NCBI GenBank assembly: GCA_965203275.1
Contig: OZ241865.1
Location: forward strand, 1,760,001 to 1,824,000
DNA from: Bdellovibrionales bacterium
Lineage (GTDB): Bacteria; Bdellovibrionota; Bdellovibrionia; Bdellovibrionales; JAUICD01
Length of the DNA: 64,000 nucleotides
Reading direction: 5' to 3'
Shown here piece by piece: positions 30,365 to 39,171 of the stretch. The notes under the pieces were generated by a model. It saw only the letters and a program-made list of their open reading frames with translations, did not search any database and had not been told where the DNA came from. The position numbers and the translations under genes were made by a program. Numbering within the stretch: position 1 is the first letter of the stretch; every line of letters starts with the position of its first letter.

Positions 30365-32905
30365 CTACCTCACACCACATGTACCACCTATACATTCCAT
30401 CATACCATCGCAATCTGAGGTAGATTCGCAACCATTGTGTCTTTGTCTTGGATGTGCTGATCTTGTAGATGGTTTTGCTTTTAAACACTCTCCTGAATTC
30501 GCACCGCCTTCAATCCCATCACACCGCCATCGATAAAACATAGCGTTATCAGGATAAGCTGCATCATTTTGTACACCATCATGACATCCATTAATTATGG
30601 CATTGTTACACCTTCCACGAACAGGGCCGGGATCACCTTCTTTTCTTTTAGAACAACCAACTTCTTTTCTACCATTACAGCTAGAAAATTCTCTATGTGG
30701 TTTATTACGGCAGGTCCAGCGATGGTGAGTATAAGTATCACCTGGATGCGGGTGTTTATCTCCAGTGGCACATGAATGTTTAGTGTCACCACACTTCCCA
30801 CATATAACTGCTTTTGGTGGTAAATTGCCACTTTTTGATGCTCTGCAAGGGACTTCTCTTTTATTATTGCATTTAGCAAGTCTTTCGTGTGGTTTATTAC
30901 GGCAAGTCCAAAGATACTCAGTTGCACTGTCAGGTGGGTGTTGGTGATATGTTCCAGAAGAACAAGGATCTTGTGTATCAGAACTACATTGTCCACATCC
31001 AGAGACGGCACCTCCACCTGGGCTTGCAGAACCTATTCTCGGATATTTCCATCTAGCATGAATATATTCGATGCTCTTATTCACTCGACATGTCTCATGT
31101 GTGACATCAGTCCATGCAGGCGTTGGAGTATTGGCTCCTGCTCCTGCTAAGAAGTCAATAATTTGAACATCTTCACTGTTATTAGGACTTCCTTCACCAC
31201 GATAATAAGCCACAGTATCTGCAGAAATGCGACTACAGTTTGATCTGACACAGTTTTTATAGCCAAATCGCGGGTCTATGCGATGTAATTCATTTACAAC
31301 TAAATCCAAAAATCTATGGTCATTAGTATACTTTGAACCATCCCATACAGCCTCATAAGCTACTGGATTTTCATCGGCAAGTCTTTTTACCACATGTTGC
31401 ATCCTAGCTGGCTTGTTTTTAGATGGAGAGTTGCAAGTGGTGTAACCTCTAGAACTGCCACCTGTATTGCCACTAGAGCCACTACTACTAAGAGTCGCAG
31501 TCCCTCCTGTGCCACATCCTGAACCACCGGTGGCACCACCTCCATAATTAGGAACTGTAATCCAAGCAATATTACTTCTTTCATTACGAGAACCACTCCG
31601 ATAATCTGCTGGATGTAATCCCCAGGTAGAGGCTGCAAATCCTAATGTATCCCCAGGTTGTGGATACCAATTGGCAATGGGAGCAAATGCAGCTCGGGTG
31701 GCTGAATCTTTTAAATGACTAGCGTTTGTTTTTCTGACTAAGTAAGCAATGACTCCTGCTAAATCGTACCCTTTATGCCCTAGGGTACATTCTGTACCTG
31801 ATGCTGAGGCTTGTGATTGATTGCCACACATCTCATTATTTCTGGAACGTAAACCTTCATAAATTGTGGCATAAATTTTCCCATCTGGGCGAGGAATAAA
31901 TATCCATGCACTTCCTTGATTATACCAAGGAGTCCTAGAACCATCACTATTTATGCACTTACTATAGCCTGGATCTATTCTGGCATCCCAGACATTTCTT
32001 TTTGTATGATTGACACAAACACCTCTTGTAGATATAGAAGCAGTTAGAACTCTAGATGTTTCTGACCAATTACTAATATTTTGAGTACGCCATGCACCTC
32101 CGTTGATAAAAACCACATTATTCCAAGAAAAACTACTGGGATTAAAATGGCTGTTGGGTTGAAAATGACTATTGGGCTGAAAATGGCTACTACAAGTAGG
32201 ATCACGGGTGATAGGCCCTCCGCCTGAGCCACCGCCTCCTGAACCACTGCTTCCTGAGCTACCACCTCCTGAGCTACTTCCACCAGAACCGCCCCCTGTT
32301 TTTGTCGTATCATCATTTTTAGTAGAAGGAGGAGGTGGTAGAGGGGGAGGAGATGATCCATATCTATTATAAATCCAAGCCCCTTGAATATTAGATTGTA
32401 GATTCCAAGTGAATTGAGGATTGCTGTCACAATTGTTAAGAATTTCATAAACATTTATGTCACTGCTTCTTTGACGTCCTACACCATTCGTCCCTTTATA
32501 CCAAGCAATATGAACTGTTGAGATTTGATCTGGTTCATTAATGCAATCCTCACCTATTGGGCAGTAATATCCCCAACGCCAAGACTCATTAGGATCACCA
32601 TTCTCTCTTAATCTATTTATTTTATCATCTACAAAATTATAATTATCACAAGCATTCTCACCAGGTGGTGGTGGGGGATCGTTAGGATTTTCTTCAGGAT
32701 CAGGGTCAATTTCACGTGGAGTGTGATTGGGTTCTGGTGGTGTTGGATAGTAGGTATCTCCATTATTTGGAGTAGTCTTAGGTGGGGTGGTAGAAGTAAT
32801 GTGAATAGGACTATCTACTGATTTACAATTGTTAAATTGTAAGCTCAATAGGGCTAAAAATGCAATAGTAGCAATAAAAGAAATTTTCTTATTCATTATC
32901 TTCAT
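30365..32905 (-). CDS. Large exported Pro/Gly/Cys-rich multidomain protein (adhesin-like)
   Basis: Signal ending LQFNNC; Pro- and Gly/Ser-rich linkers; repeated CGxC...C..G..H.HP.D.....WTCRNKPH modules. Confidence 0.75.
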   Translation of the reverse strand: MKIMNKKISFIATIAFLALLSLQFNNCKSVDSPIHITSTTPPKTTPNNGDTYYPTPPEPNHTPREIDPDPEENPNDPPPPPGENACDNYNFVDDKINRLRENGDPNESWRWGYYCPIGEDCINEPDQISTVHIAWYKGTNGVGRQRSSDINVYEILNNCDSNPQFTWNLQSNIQGAWIYNRYGSSPPPLPPPPSTKNDDTTKTGGGSGGSSSGGGSSGSSGSGGGGSGGGPITRDPTCSSHFQPNSHFQPNSHFNPSSFSWNNVVFINGGAWRTQNISNWSETSRVLTASISTRGVCVNHTKRNVWDARIDPGYSKCINSDGSRTPWYNQGSAWIFIPRPDGKIYATIYEGLRSRNNEMCGNQSQASASGTECTLGHKGYDLAGVIAYLVRKTNASHLKDSATRAAFAPIANWYPQPGDTLGFAASTWGLHPADYRSGSRNERSNIAWITVPNYGGGATGGSGCGTGGTATLSSSGSSGNTGGSSRGYTTCNSPSKNKPARMQHVVKRLADENPVAYEAVWDGSKYTNDHRFLDLVVNELHRIDPRFGYKNCVRSNCSRISADTVAYYRGEGSPNNSEDVQIIDFLAGAGANTPTPAWTDVTHETCRVNKSIEYIHARWKYPRIGSASPGGGAVSGCGQCSSDTQDPCSSGTYHQHPPDSATEYLWTCRNKPHERLAKCNNKREVPCRASKSGNLPPKAVICGKCGDTKHSCATGDKHPHPGDTYTHHRWTCRNKPHREFSSCNGRKEVGCSKRKEGDPGPVRGRCNNAIINGCHDGVQNDAAYPDNAMFYRWRCDGIEGGANSGECLKAKPSTRSAHPRQRHNGCESTSDCDGMMECIGGTCGVR

Positions 32906-32990
32906 CCTTATTCGTATCTTTATTATTAATTTCTCAAATTCTCTCTAAGTGATTCATCAGTACCTTTAGAGAGTACGAAAAAATGAACCT

Positions 32991-33402
32991 AGTGATTTCA
33001 GCTACTTAATACTGTAACTTTTGTATAAAAGTTACAGTATTAAGTGTTTGTAATTGTTAGACTTTTTTAGGTCGACTTTAAAATTTTCTAACTTTTCGTT
33101 TCACATAATTTTTATCGGTTATTATGACATAAAACTATATATTTTTTTTAAAAAAAATCAAAAAAGTGACATTTTGTATTAAAAATAATCACTTTTTTGG
33201 ATTTTTGTATCATCTTGAAAGACTTTACTAATCTTAAAAACATAAGATCAGCAAAACAAAAAATAATTTTTAATTTGCGTTTTATAACTTTTGATTTGTT
33301 TTATTTTTCAAAACAATTTTCTCTCAAAAATTTGTCTGTTTTTTACACTTTCAAATTGTAACTTTTATACAAAAGTCACAGTACTAAATAGCTGAAATCA
33401 CT
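32991..33402. repeat. 46-bp inverted repeat pair (32991-33036 / 33357-33402), each with an internal palindrome
   Basis: 43/46 identity by manual alignment; third copy at 51015-51060. Confidence 0.85.
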
Positions 33403-33439
33403 TGATTTCTAATTTCCAAATACCTCTTTTCCATCTTTT

Positions 33440-34268
33440 AGAAAAAATACAGAGAAACGAACGTCTTGTTTCTTTAACATTTCACTCAAAATGAGCCACA
33501 CCGCTGGTGTGTTTTTGGGCATTGCTCTGACAGCTATCGCTGTCCAAAAAGAGCAATGCCTCAAAAATCCGCTCATTTTGAGTAGAGAAGGATCTTTTTA
33601 TTCCTTTACACCATGTTAAGGAAAAATTTCTTTTATTACCTCAAAAGCAAGCAGGTTGCGATAAAGGAACTTTTTCCTTAACATCGTGTTTTTCCGGGAT
33701 CTGGGATCCGGGATCAGGCAACCCGGCATCAGGTCCTAAAACTGAACTTTTTCCTTAACATGTAGTCAAAAAACGAAGAGATCCTCCTCTACTAAAAGTA
33801 AACGGACTTTTGAGGTTGCCAGCATTTAAGAAGGCGAATAGCCTTCGGCTGGCAACCCAAAAGTGACCAGAGGTCAGTTTACTTTTAGTGAAACAGTTCA
33901 GGCAATATTAGATTTGGAATTTGTTGGTTGTATGGAATTAGCAAAACAAGCTGATAAATTAGGAGCTTATTTATACAAGTTGTGTAAAAACACTTAAAGT
34001 CAAAATTGATTTTTTCCGGGATCCGGCATCCGGGATCCCGGCAGACAGGCAAGAATGAAGCGAATATCTTGTTTCCTTAACATGGTGTTAAGAAACGAAG
34101 AGATCCTCCTTACTAAAAGTGGTCAGGCTTTCTAGGTTGCCAGCATTTAAGAAGGCGAATAGCCTTCGGCTGGCAACCAGAAAGTGACCAGAGGTCAGAC
34201 CACTTTTAGTGAAACAGAGATGTGGCTCATTTTGAGTGAAACAGAGGTCAGACCACTTTTAGTGAAAA
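33440..34268. repeat. Mosaic structured-repeat cluster 2
   Basis: Full units 33481-33624, 33750-33893 (rev) and 34072-34213 (rev); heptamers; short terminal tandem units. Confidence 0.9.
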
Positions 34269-34701
34269 AATTCATTTTGCCTATTGACTTTTATATTTTC
34301 CTTATGTTAAAGTAATTATCTTTTTAAGAAGTTCACCATTTTAGTATTTACAAATTTAGGATTAGGAGGCTAATTATGAAAATTATGAAAGTATTATTTC
34401 TTAACCACTTTCTGATTTTTTCTGCAAACAGCAATCTTACGATAAAGAGGAACCTGGTGAAACTTCGTCGTCGCTCTTTATCTTGTCAATGAGATATTAC
34501 CTCTCACTAAAAATTCTTATCAATACGTATTAATTTATTCTCTTAGCAAGCTAAGGGTATGTCTGTGGATTCTTGCAACCTTTGCCTTATTTTTAATGCT
34601 AAAGCACTTGTCTGTAAATGGTTTGAAGCATTCAAAGCATTTTATGTATCAATGAATAAAAAGGACAAGAATAAAAGCTTAAAAAACAAGGGAGGTATAA
34701 A

Positions 34702-36108
34702 ATGGAACAGATCATAGCAACAATAAACGAATTTTTAGGAGTAACAGTAGGTTATGTTTGGGGTTTGCCTTTAGTGATCCTTTTAGCAGGTTCAGGATTT
34801 TTATTTTCTGTTTTACTTAAGGGCATTCAGTTTAAAGGATTTTTTCATGCTATAAGAGTTGTATTTGGTCATTATGATCATAAGGAAGATCCTGGGGAGG
34901 TCATACATTTTCAAGCACTTTCAGCAGCGTTATCTGGAACAGTAGGACTTGGCAATATTGTAGGTGTAGCTATTGCTATTAAGGCAGGAGGGCCAGGGAC
35001 TGTGTTTTGGATGATGATGATTGGCTTTTTAGGAATGGCCACAAAGTATGCTGAGTGTACCTTGGGTGTTATGTATAGAAAGATTGACAAGAATGAAAAA
35101 GTTTTAGGTGGCCCTATGTACTATATTACCAGTGGTTTAGGACCATCATGGAAGTTCATGTCTATCTTTTTTGCTATAGCTTATGTGATCACTGTCTTTG
35201 GAACTGGTAATTTATTTCAAGTCCATTATATGGCCCAGTCTTTAAATGATTCTTTTTCGATACCACAAATATTAACAGGAATAGCACTATCTATAACAGT
35301 TGGAGCTATTATTCTAGGTGGTATTAAAAGAATTGCCTTGATTGCTAGCTATCTAGTCCCTTTTATGGGGATTGTTTATGTAAGTGCTTGTTTAGTGGTT
35401 ATTTTTATAAATATCTTTGAACTTCCTCAGATATTTTCACAGATTATATCAGGTGCCTTTACAGGGACAGCAGCTACAGGAGGGTTTGCAGGAGTATCGG
35501 TTGCTAAAGTGATAGAATTGGGAGCAAGACGAGCTTGTTTTTCTAACGAAGCTGGACTTGGAACAGCAGCTATAGCCCATGCAACAGCTTCCACAAAGGA
35601 GCCAGTGAGAGAAGGGTTAGTGGCTCTCTTAGAACCTTTTATCGACACGATTGTGATTTGTACAATGACAGCACTTGTGATTTTAATTTCTGGATCCTGG
35701 ACTTTGGAATCAAATGTTGGAGAAGCAGAGCTGATCTCTATTGCTTTTAACTCTAGTCTTCCTGGTTTTGGAACTTTTGCTATACCTATTATTATTACTT
35801 TGTTTGCTTACTCTACCACTTTGACTTTTGCCTATTATGGTGAGATAGCTATCAAATTTTTATTTGACAGCAAAAAGTACAAAGCACTTTATGTCACTGG
35901 TTACAAAATATTATTTTGCTTGATCATTATTTTAGGTTCTGTTTGGTCTTCAAATGCAGTTATTGACTTTTCTGATACCATGATGGGCTTAACAGTGTTT
36001 CCTAACTTAATTACTGTTTGGTTCTTGTTTCCTAAACTAAAAAAAGCTACAGATAATTATTTTAAAAAATTAAACAATAATGAATTTGATGCATATCCAA
36101 AGATATAA
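34702..36108 (+). CDS. Alanine/glycine:cation symporter (AGCS family)
   Basis: GTVGLGNIVGVA, GGPGTVFWM, GGPMYYI, FSNEAGLG, EPFIDTIVICTMT. Confidence 0.93.
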   Translation: MEQIIATINEFLGVTVGYVWGLPLVILLAGSGFLFSVLLKGIQFKGFFHAIRVVFGHYDHKEDPGEVIHFQALSAALSGTVGLGNIVGVAIAIKAGGPGTVFWMMMIGFLGMATKYAECTLGVMYRKIDKNEKVLGGPMYYITSGLGPSWKFMSIFFAIAYVITVFGTGNLFQVHYMAQSLNDSFSIPQILTGIALSITVGAIILGGIKRIALIASYLVPFMGIVYVSACLVVIFINIFELPQIFSQIISGAFTGTAATGGFAGVSVAKVIELGARRACFSNEAGLGTAAIAHATASTKEPVREGLVALLEPFIDTIVICTMTALVILISGSWTLESNVGEAELISIAFNSSLPGFGTFAIPIIITLFAYSTTLTFAYYGEIAIKFLFDSKKYKALYVTGYKILFCLIIILGSVWSSNAVIDFSDTMMGLTVFPNLITVWFLFPKLKKATDNYFKKLNNNEFDAYPKI

Positions 36109-36181
36109 GTAATACTTTTATGCAAGAATGATCTTTATGTTTGTTATTAAGGATTAGTTATTTGTTCTAAACACGCTAAAT

Positions 36182-36390
36182 CCTAAGTTTGATAGCCTGC
36201 AACAATAAAGTTGAGCAGTTAGTTATAAGTCGAAAGAGATTTTGTGCCACTAGGTTTTTGTCTTTGTGGCAGAATTTTAGAAAATCTATGTTGTTCCAAT
36301 AAAAGTAAAGTAGCCAGAGGCCCCTGGTTTATTTTTAGGGAAACAGAGGTGTGGCTCATTTTAAGGGAAATAGACCACCTTTATGAAACA
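36182..36390. repeat. Solo IS1634-like right end (36182-36254) followed by degenerate mosaic-repeat cluster 3
   Basis: cctaagtttgatagcctgc...gtgccacta; then agagg...gaaac short units. Confidence 0.7.
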
Positions 36391-36490
36391 AACCGAAAAA
36401 ACTTGACCATTATTAAAACTTGTGTTATCATTCGATGAATCTAAAGTATTGTAAGGTATTTAAACAGAATAATAACATGATGGAGTAAAA

Positions 36491-37531
36491 ATGAGCCTTA
36501 GATTATATCAAACTATGATTTTATGTATGTTTTTAAGTCCTATCACATTGCAGGCTTATTGTAATTTTGAAAGATGTAAAGGATATATTCTAAGTAATTT
36601 AGATCATGTACCTATTACCATGCAAGAAGTCAGTGAACTTCATAATTTCTATACATCTGTTGAGCGTGATTTATTAGAAAACCTTGAAATTTTACCAGAT
36701 GGCACATATAAAGTCACTTTTTCAGAAAATGTAAATGTTTTATTGGGAATGGGCGTAGCTACACGAATGGCATATAATTATAGGCGTTTTACACCTCAGC
36801 CGTTAAAAAGAGAAATAATACCATCGGAATATTATAGAATGAGACAAGGAAGCAATAACTTTTTATGGGATTTTTTTCACGATAAACCTCGTACATATAT
36901 GGAAATACAGGGTTGGAGAAATTATGAAAGTCTAGACTCAACTATTTCTTGGCATAAATCTGATACATTGGGTATGAGGATTTATATGCAGAATCCAAGT
37001 GGAAAATATCAAATTCTAGTTAATCGTGTAGGTCTTTGGAATAACCTTATCCACTCTAATACTCGCCCTGATACTACTAGAGTGTATTTTGATCATAAAA
37101 TTGATGGACAGTGGATTCGATCCAATAGACATTTGTTTTTGAATTTTGATACATTTTACGATAGGAATAGAAAACAAGAAATCATAAGAACCTTGACTAC
37201 ATTGACAGACGCCTTACAGTCAGATGATCCACAAATTTTTGAAAACTACCTAAAAGCCAGAAAAATTAGCTGGACTAGTGCAATAGTCAGGAACAGATTA
37301 ATAAGAGCTGGTAAACTCTTAGGTCGTCACATAAGTCGAAGGACATTCGGGGCGATTTTAGCTGGAGCAGGGATTATTGTAGGAAGTCAAATGCTCTCTG
37401 AGGAGCGTCTACAAGAAACAAAGTTAGTTATATCTATCACAAAAAATCAATGGGAAAATTTAATTGATGATGTAAGAGGAATGACTACAGAACTTTCTGA
37501 GCATGCTACTCTTGATGAGTTGGCTCACTAA
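36491..37531 (+). CDS. Hypothetical exported protein
   Basis: 346-aa ORF, RBS ggag, signal peptide, C-terminal hydrophobic segment. Confidence 0.7.
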   Translation: MSLRLYQTMILCMFLSPITLQAYCNFERCKGYILSNLDHVPITMQEVSELHNFYTSVERDLLENLEILPDGTYKVTFSENVNVLLGMGVATRMAYNYRRFTPQPLKREIIPSEYYRMRQGSNNFLWDFFHDKPRTYMEIQGWRNYESLDSTISWHKSDTLGMRIYMQNPSGKYQILVNRVGLWNNLIHSNTRPDTTRVYFDHKIDGQWIRSNRHLFLNFDTFYDRNRKQEIIRTLTTLTDALQSDDPQIFENYLKARKISWTSAIVRNRLIRAGKLLGRHISRRTFGAILAGAGIIVGSQMLSEERLQETKLVISITKNQWENLIDDVRGMTTELSEHATLDELAH

Positions 37532-37910
37532 AATTGAACTAGTTCACTCAAAATGAGCGGATTTTTTAGATGTTGCCTATTTTGTCAAAGGCGAAAGCCA
37601 TTGCAGGCAACACTCAAGGTGTAAGAAGGAACTTTTTCCTTAACATCATGTCAATCCGGGATCTGGGATCCGGGATCTGGCAACCCGGCATCAGAAAGGA
37701 CTTTTTCCTTAACATGTAGTTAAGAGATGAGGAGATCCTTCTTACTAAAAGTAAACGGACTTTTGAGGTTGCCAGCATTTAAGAAGGCGAATAGCCTTCG
37801 GCTGGCAACCCAAAAGTGACCAGAGGTCAGTTTACTTTTAGTGCAAAAGACGGCTAGTTCAATTTTAGGGAAACAGGAAACAGAGGTCAGACCACTTTTA
37901 GTGAAACAAA
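37526..37910. repeat. Mosaic structured-repeat cluster 4
   Basis: Full reverse unit 37702-37843, partial unit 37543-37625, heptamers 37655-37692. Confidence 0.9.
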
Positions 37911-38003
37911 GGAAACAATACTTTTTAAAATAGGTGGCTGTCTTAAAAAAGCGAAGTCTAGAAAATCTGCTCATTGTGAATTAAAAGTGAAAAAGGTTTA
38001 ATA

Positions 38004-39116
38004 ATGATAAATCCAATAAAGGAAATTCTAGAAATTAGCCCTTACAAGCCTGGCAAGCCAATTGAGGAGACTCAAAGAGAATATGGCTTACAAAAGGTTT
38101 ATAAATTAGCCAGTAATGAAAATTTACTAGGCACAAGCCAACGTGTTAAAGAAGCTATCTTAAAAGCCGTTGATCAAATACATCGCTACCCTGACGGAAG
38201 TTGTTATCTTTTAAAAAAAGCTCTCAGCAAATATTATTCTGTTGCAGAGGATAAAATAGCTTTAGGCAATGGGTCTGATGAACTCATTGTGCTTTTAATG
38301 CGTTCTTTTTGTCGACCTGGTGATAAAGTCCTTTTATCAAAAGGGTCTTTTTTACTCTATAGTATTTTTGCCCAAGGCTGTCTGTTGAAAAAGACAGAAG
38401 TTCCTTTGAAAAAAGATTATTCTATTGACTTAAAAGGCTTAATGACGGCTTGGAGGCCAGAGCATAAAATAGTTTTTTTACCTAATCCAAACAATCCTAC
38501 AGGAAGCTGTGTTTCAGATCAAGACCTGAGAGAGTTTGTTCATTTTTTTCATCAAAAACAAGATGTGTTGATTGTGGTAGATGAAGCTTATAGTGTTTTT
38601 GTCACAAGGAGTGATTATCCTCAATCAATAAAAATGCTTAAGGAGTTTCCTAGATTAGTTGTTTTAAGGACACTTTCAAAAGATCATGGACTAGCAGGCC
38701 TACGTTTAGGCTTTTTATTAGCTGATCCATGCATTGTAGATGTGATCAATAGAATACGTACGCCTTTCAATGTCAATTATTTGGCACAAGTAGCAGCTGT
38801 TGCAGCTTTAGAAGATCAGGAATATCTTGATAGGTCACGCACACTCAATGCAGAAGGATTGCAATATTTTGAAAAGTGTTTATCAAAAATGAAATTACCT
38901 TTTTGCCAAAGCCAAGGTAATTTTATTTTTTTTGATTCATTAAGAGATTCCACTGTACTCTTTCAAGAGCTTTTAAAAAAAGGCCTTATTTTAAGACCCC
39001 TAAAGCCTTATGGATTTGAAACACAGTTGAGAATGACTGTGGGATTGATGGAAGATAACAAAGTAGCTATGCATATTCTTGAGTCTGTTATTAAAGATGT
39101 TTCTTTATTGAGATAA
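38004..39116 (+). CDS. hisC: Histidinol-phosphate aminotransferase
   Basis: YKPGKP, KLASNEN, GNGSDE, NPNNPTG, DEAY, RTLSKDHGLAGLRLG. Confidence 0.92.
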   Translation: MINPIKEILEISPYKPGKPIEETQREYGLQKVYKLASNENLLGTSQRVKEAILKAVDQIHRYPDGSCYLLKKALSKYYSVAEDKIALGNGSDELIVLLMRSFCRPGDKVLLSKGSFLLYSIFAQGCLLKKTEVPLKKDYSIDLKGLMTAWRPEHKIVFLPNPNNPTGSCVSDQDLREFVHFFHQKQDVLIVVDEAYSVFVTRSDYPQSIKMLKEFPRLVVLRTLSKDHGLAGLRLGFLLADPCIVDVINRIRTPFNVNYLAQVAAVAALEDQEYLDRSRTLNAEGLQYFEKCLSKMKLPFCQSQGNFIFFDSLRDSTVLFQELLKKGLILRPLKPYGFETQLRMTVGLMEDNKVAMHILESVIKDVSLLR

Positions 39117-39171
39117 AAATCCTCAAAAGCTATTTATTTTTTAAAAGTATCAATAATCCTTTTATCATACC

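Noticed and set aside
30336..32454. Short overlapping ORFs within the 846-aa gene
   Set aside because: Antisense or alternate-frame shadows of a longer coherent CDS
33481..33624. tRNA, or hammerhead/other known ribozyme, as identity of the structured unit
   Set aside because: No T-loop, anticodon arm or CCA pattern and no CUGANGA/GAAA core recognised; other families cannot be excluded without an Rfam scan
34377..34700. Glycine riboswitch upstream of the AGCS symporter
   Set aside because: Only a gataaagag/ctctttatc hairpin (34441-34482) and a 38-aa ORF are seen; glycine aptamer motifs were not found
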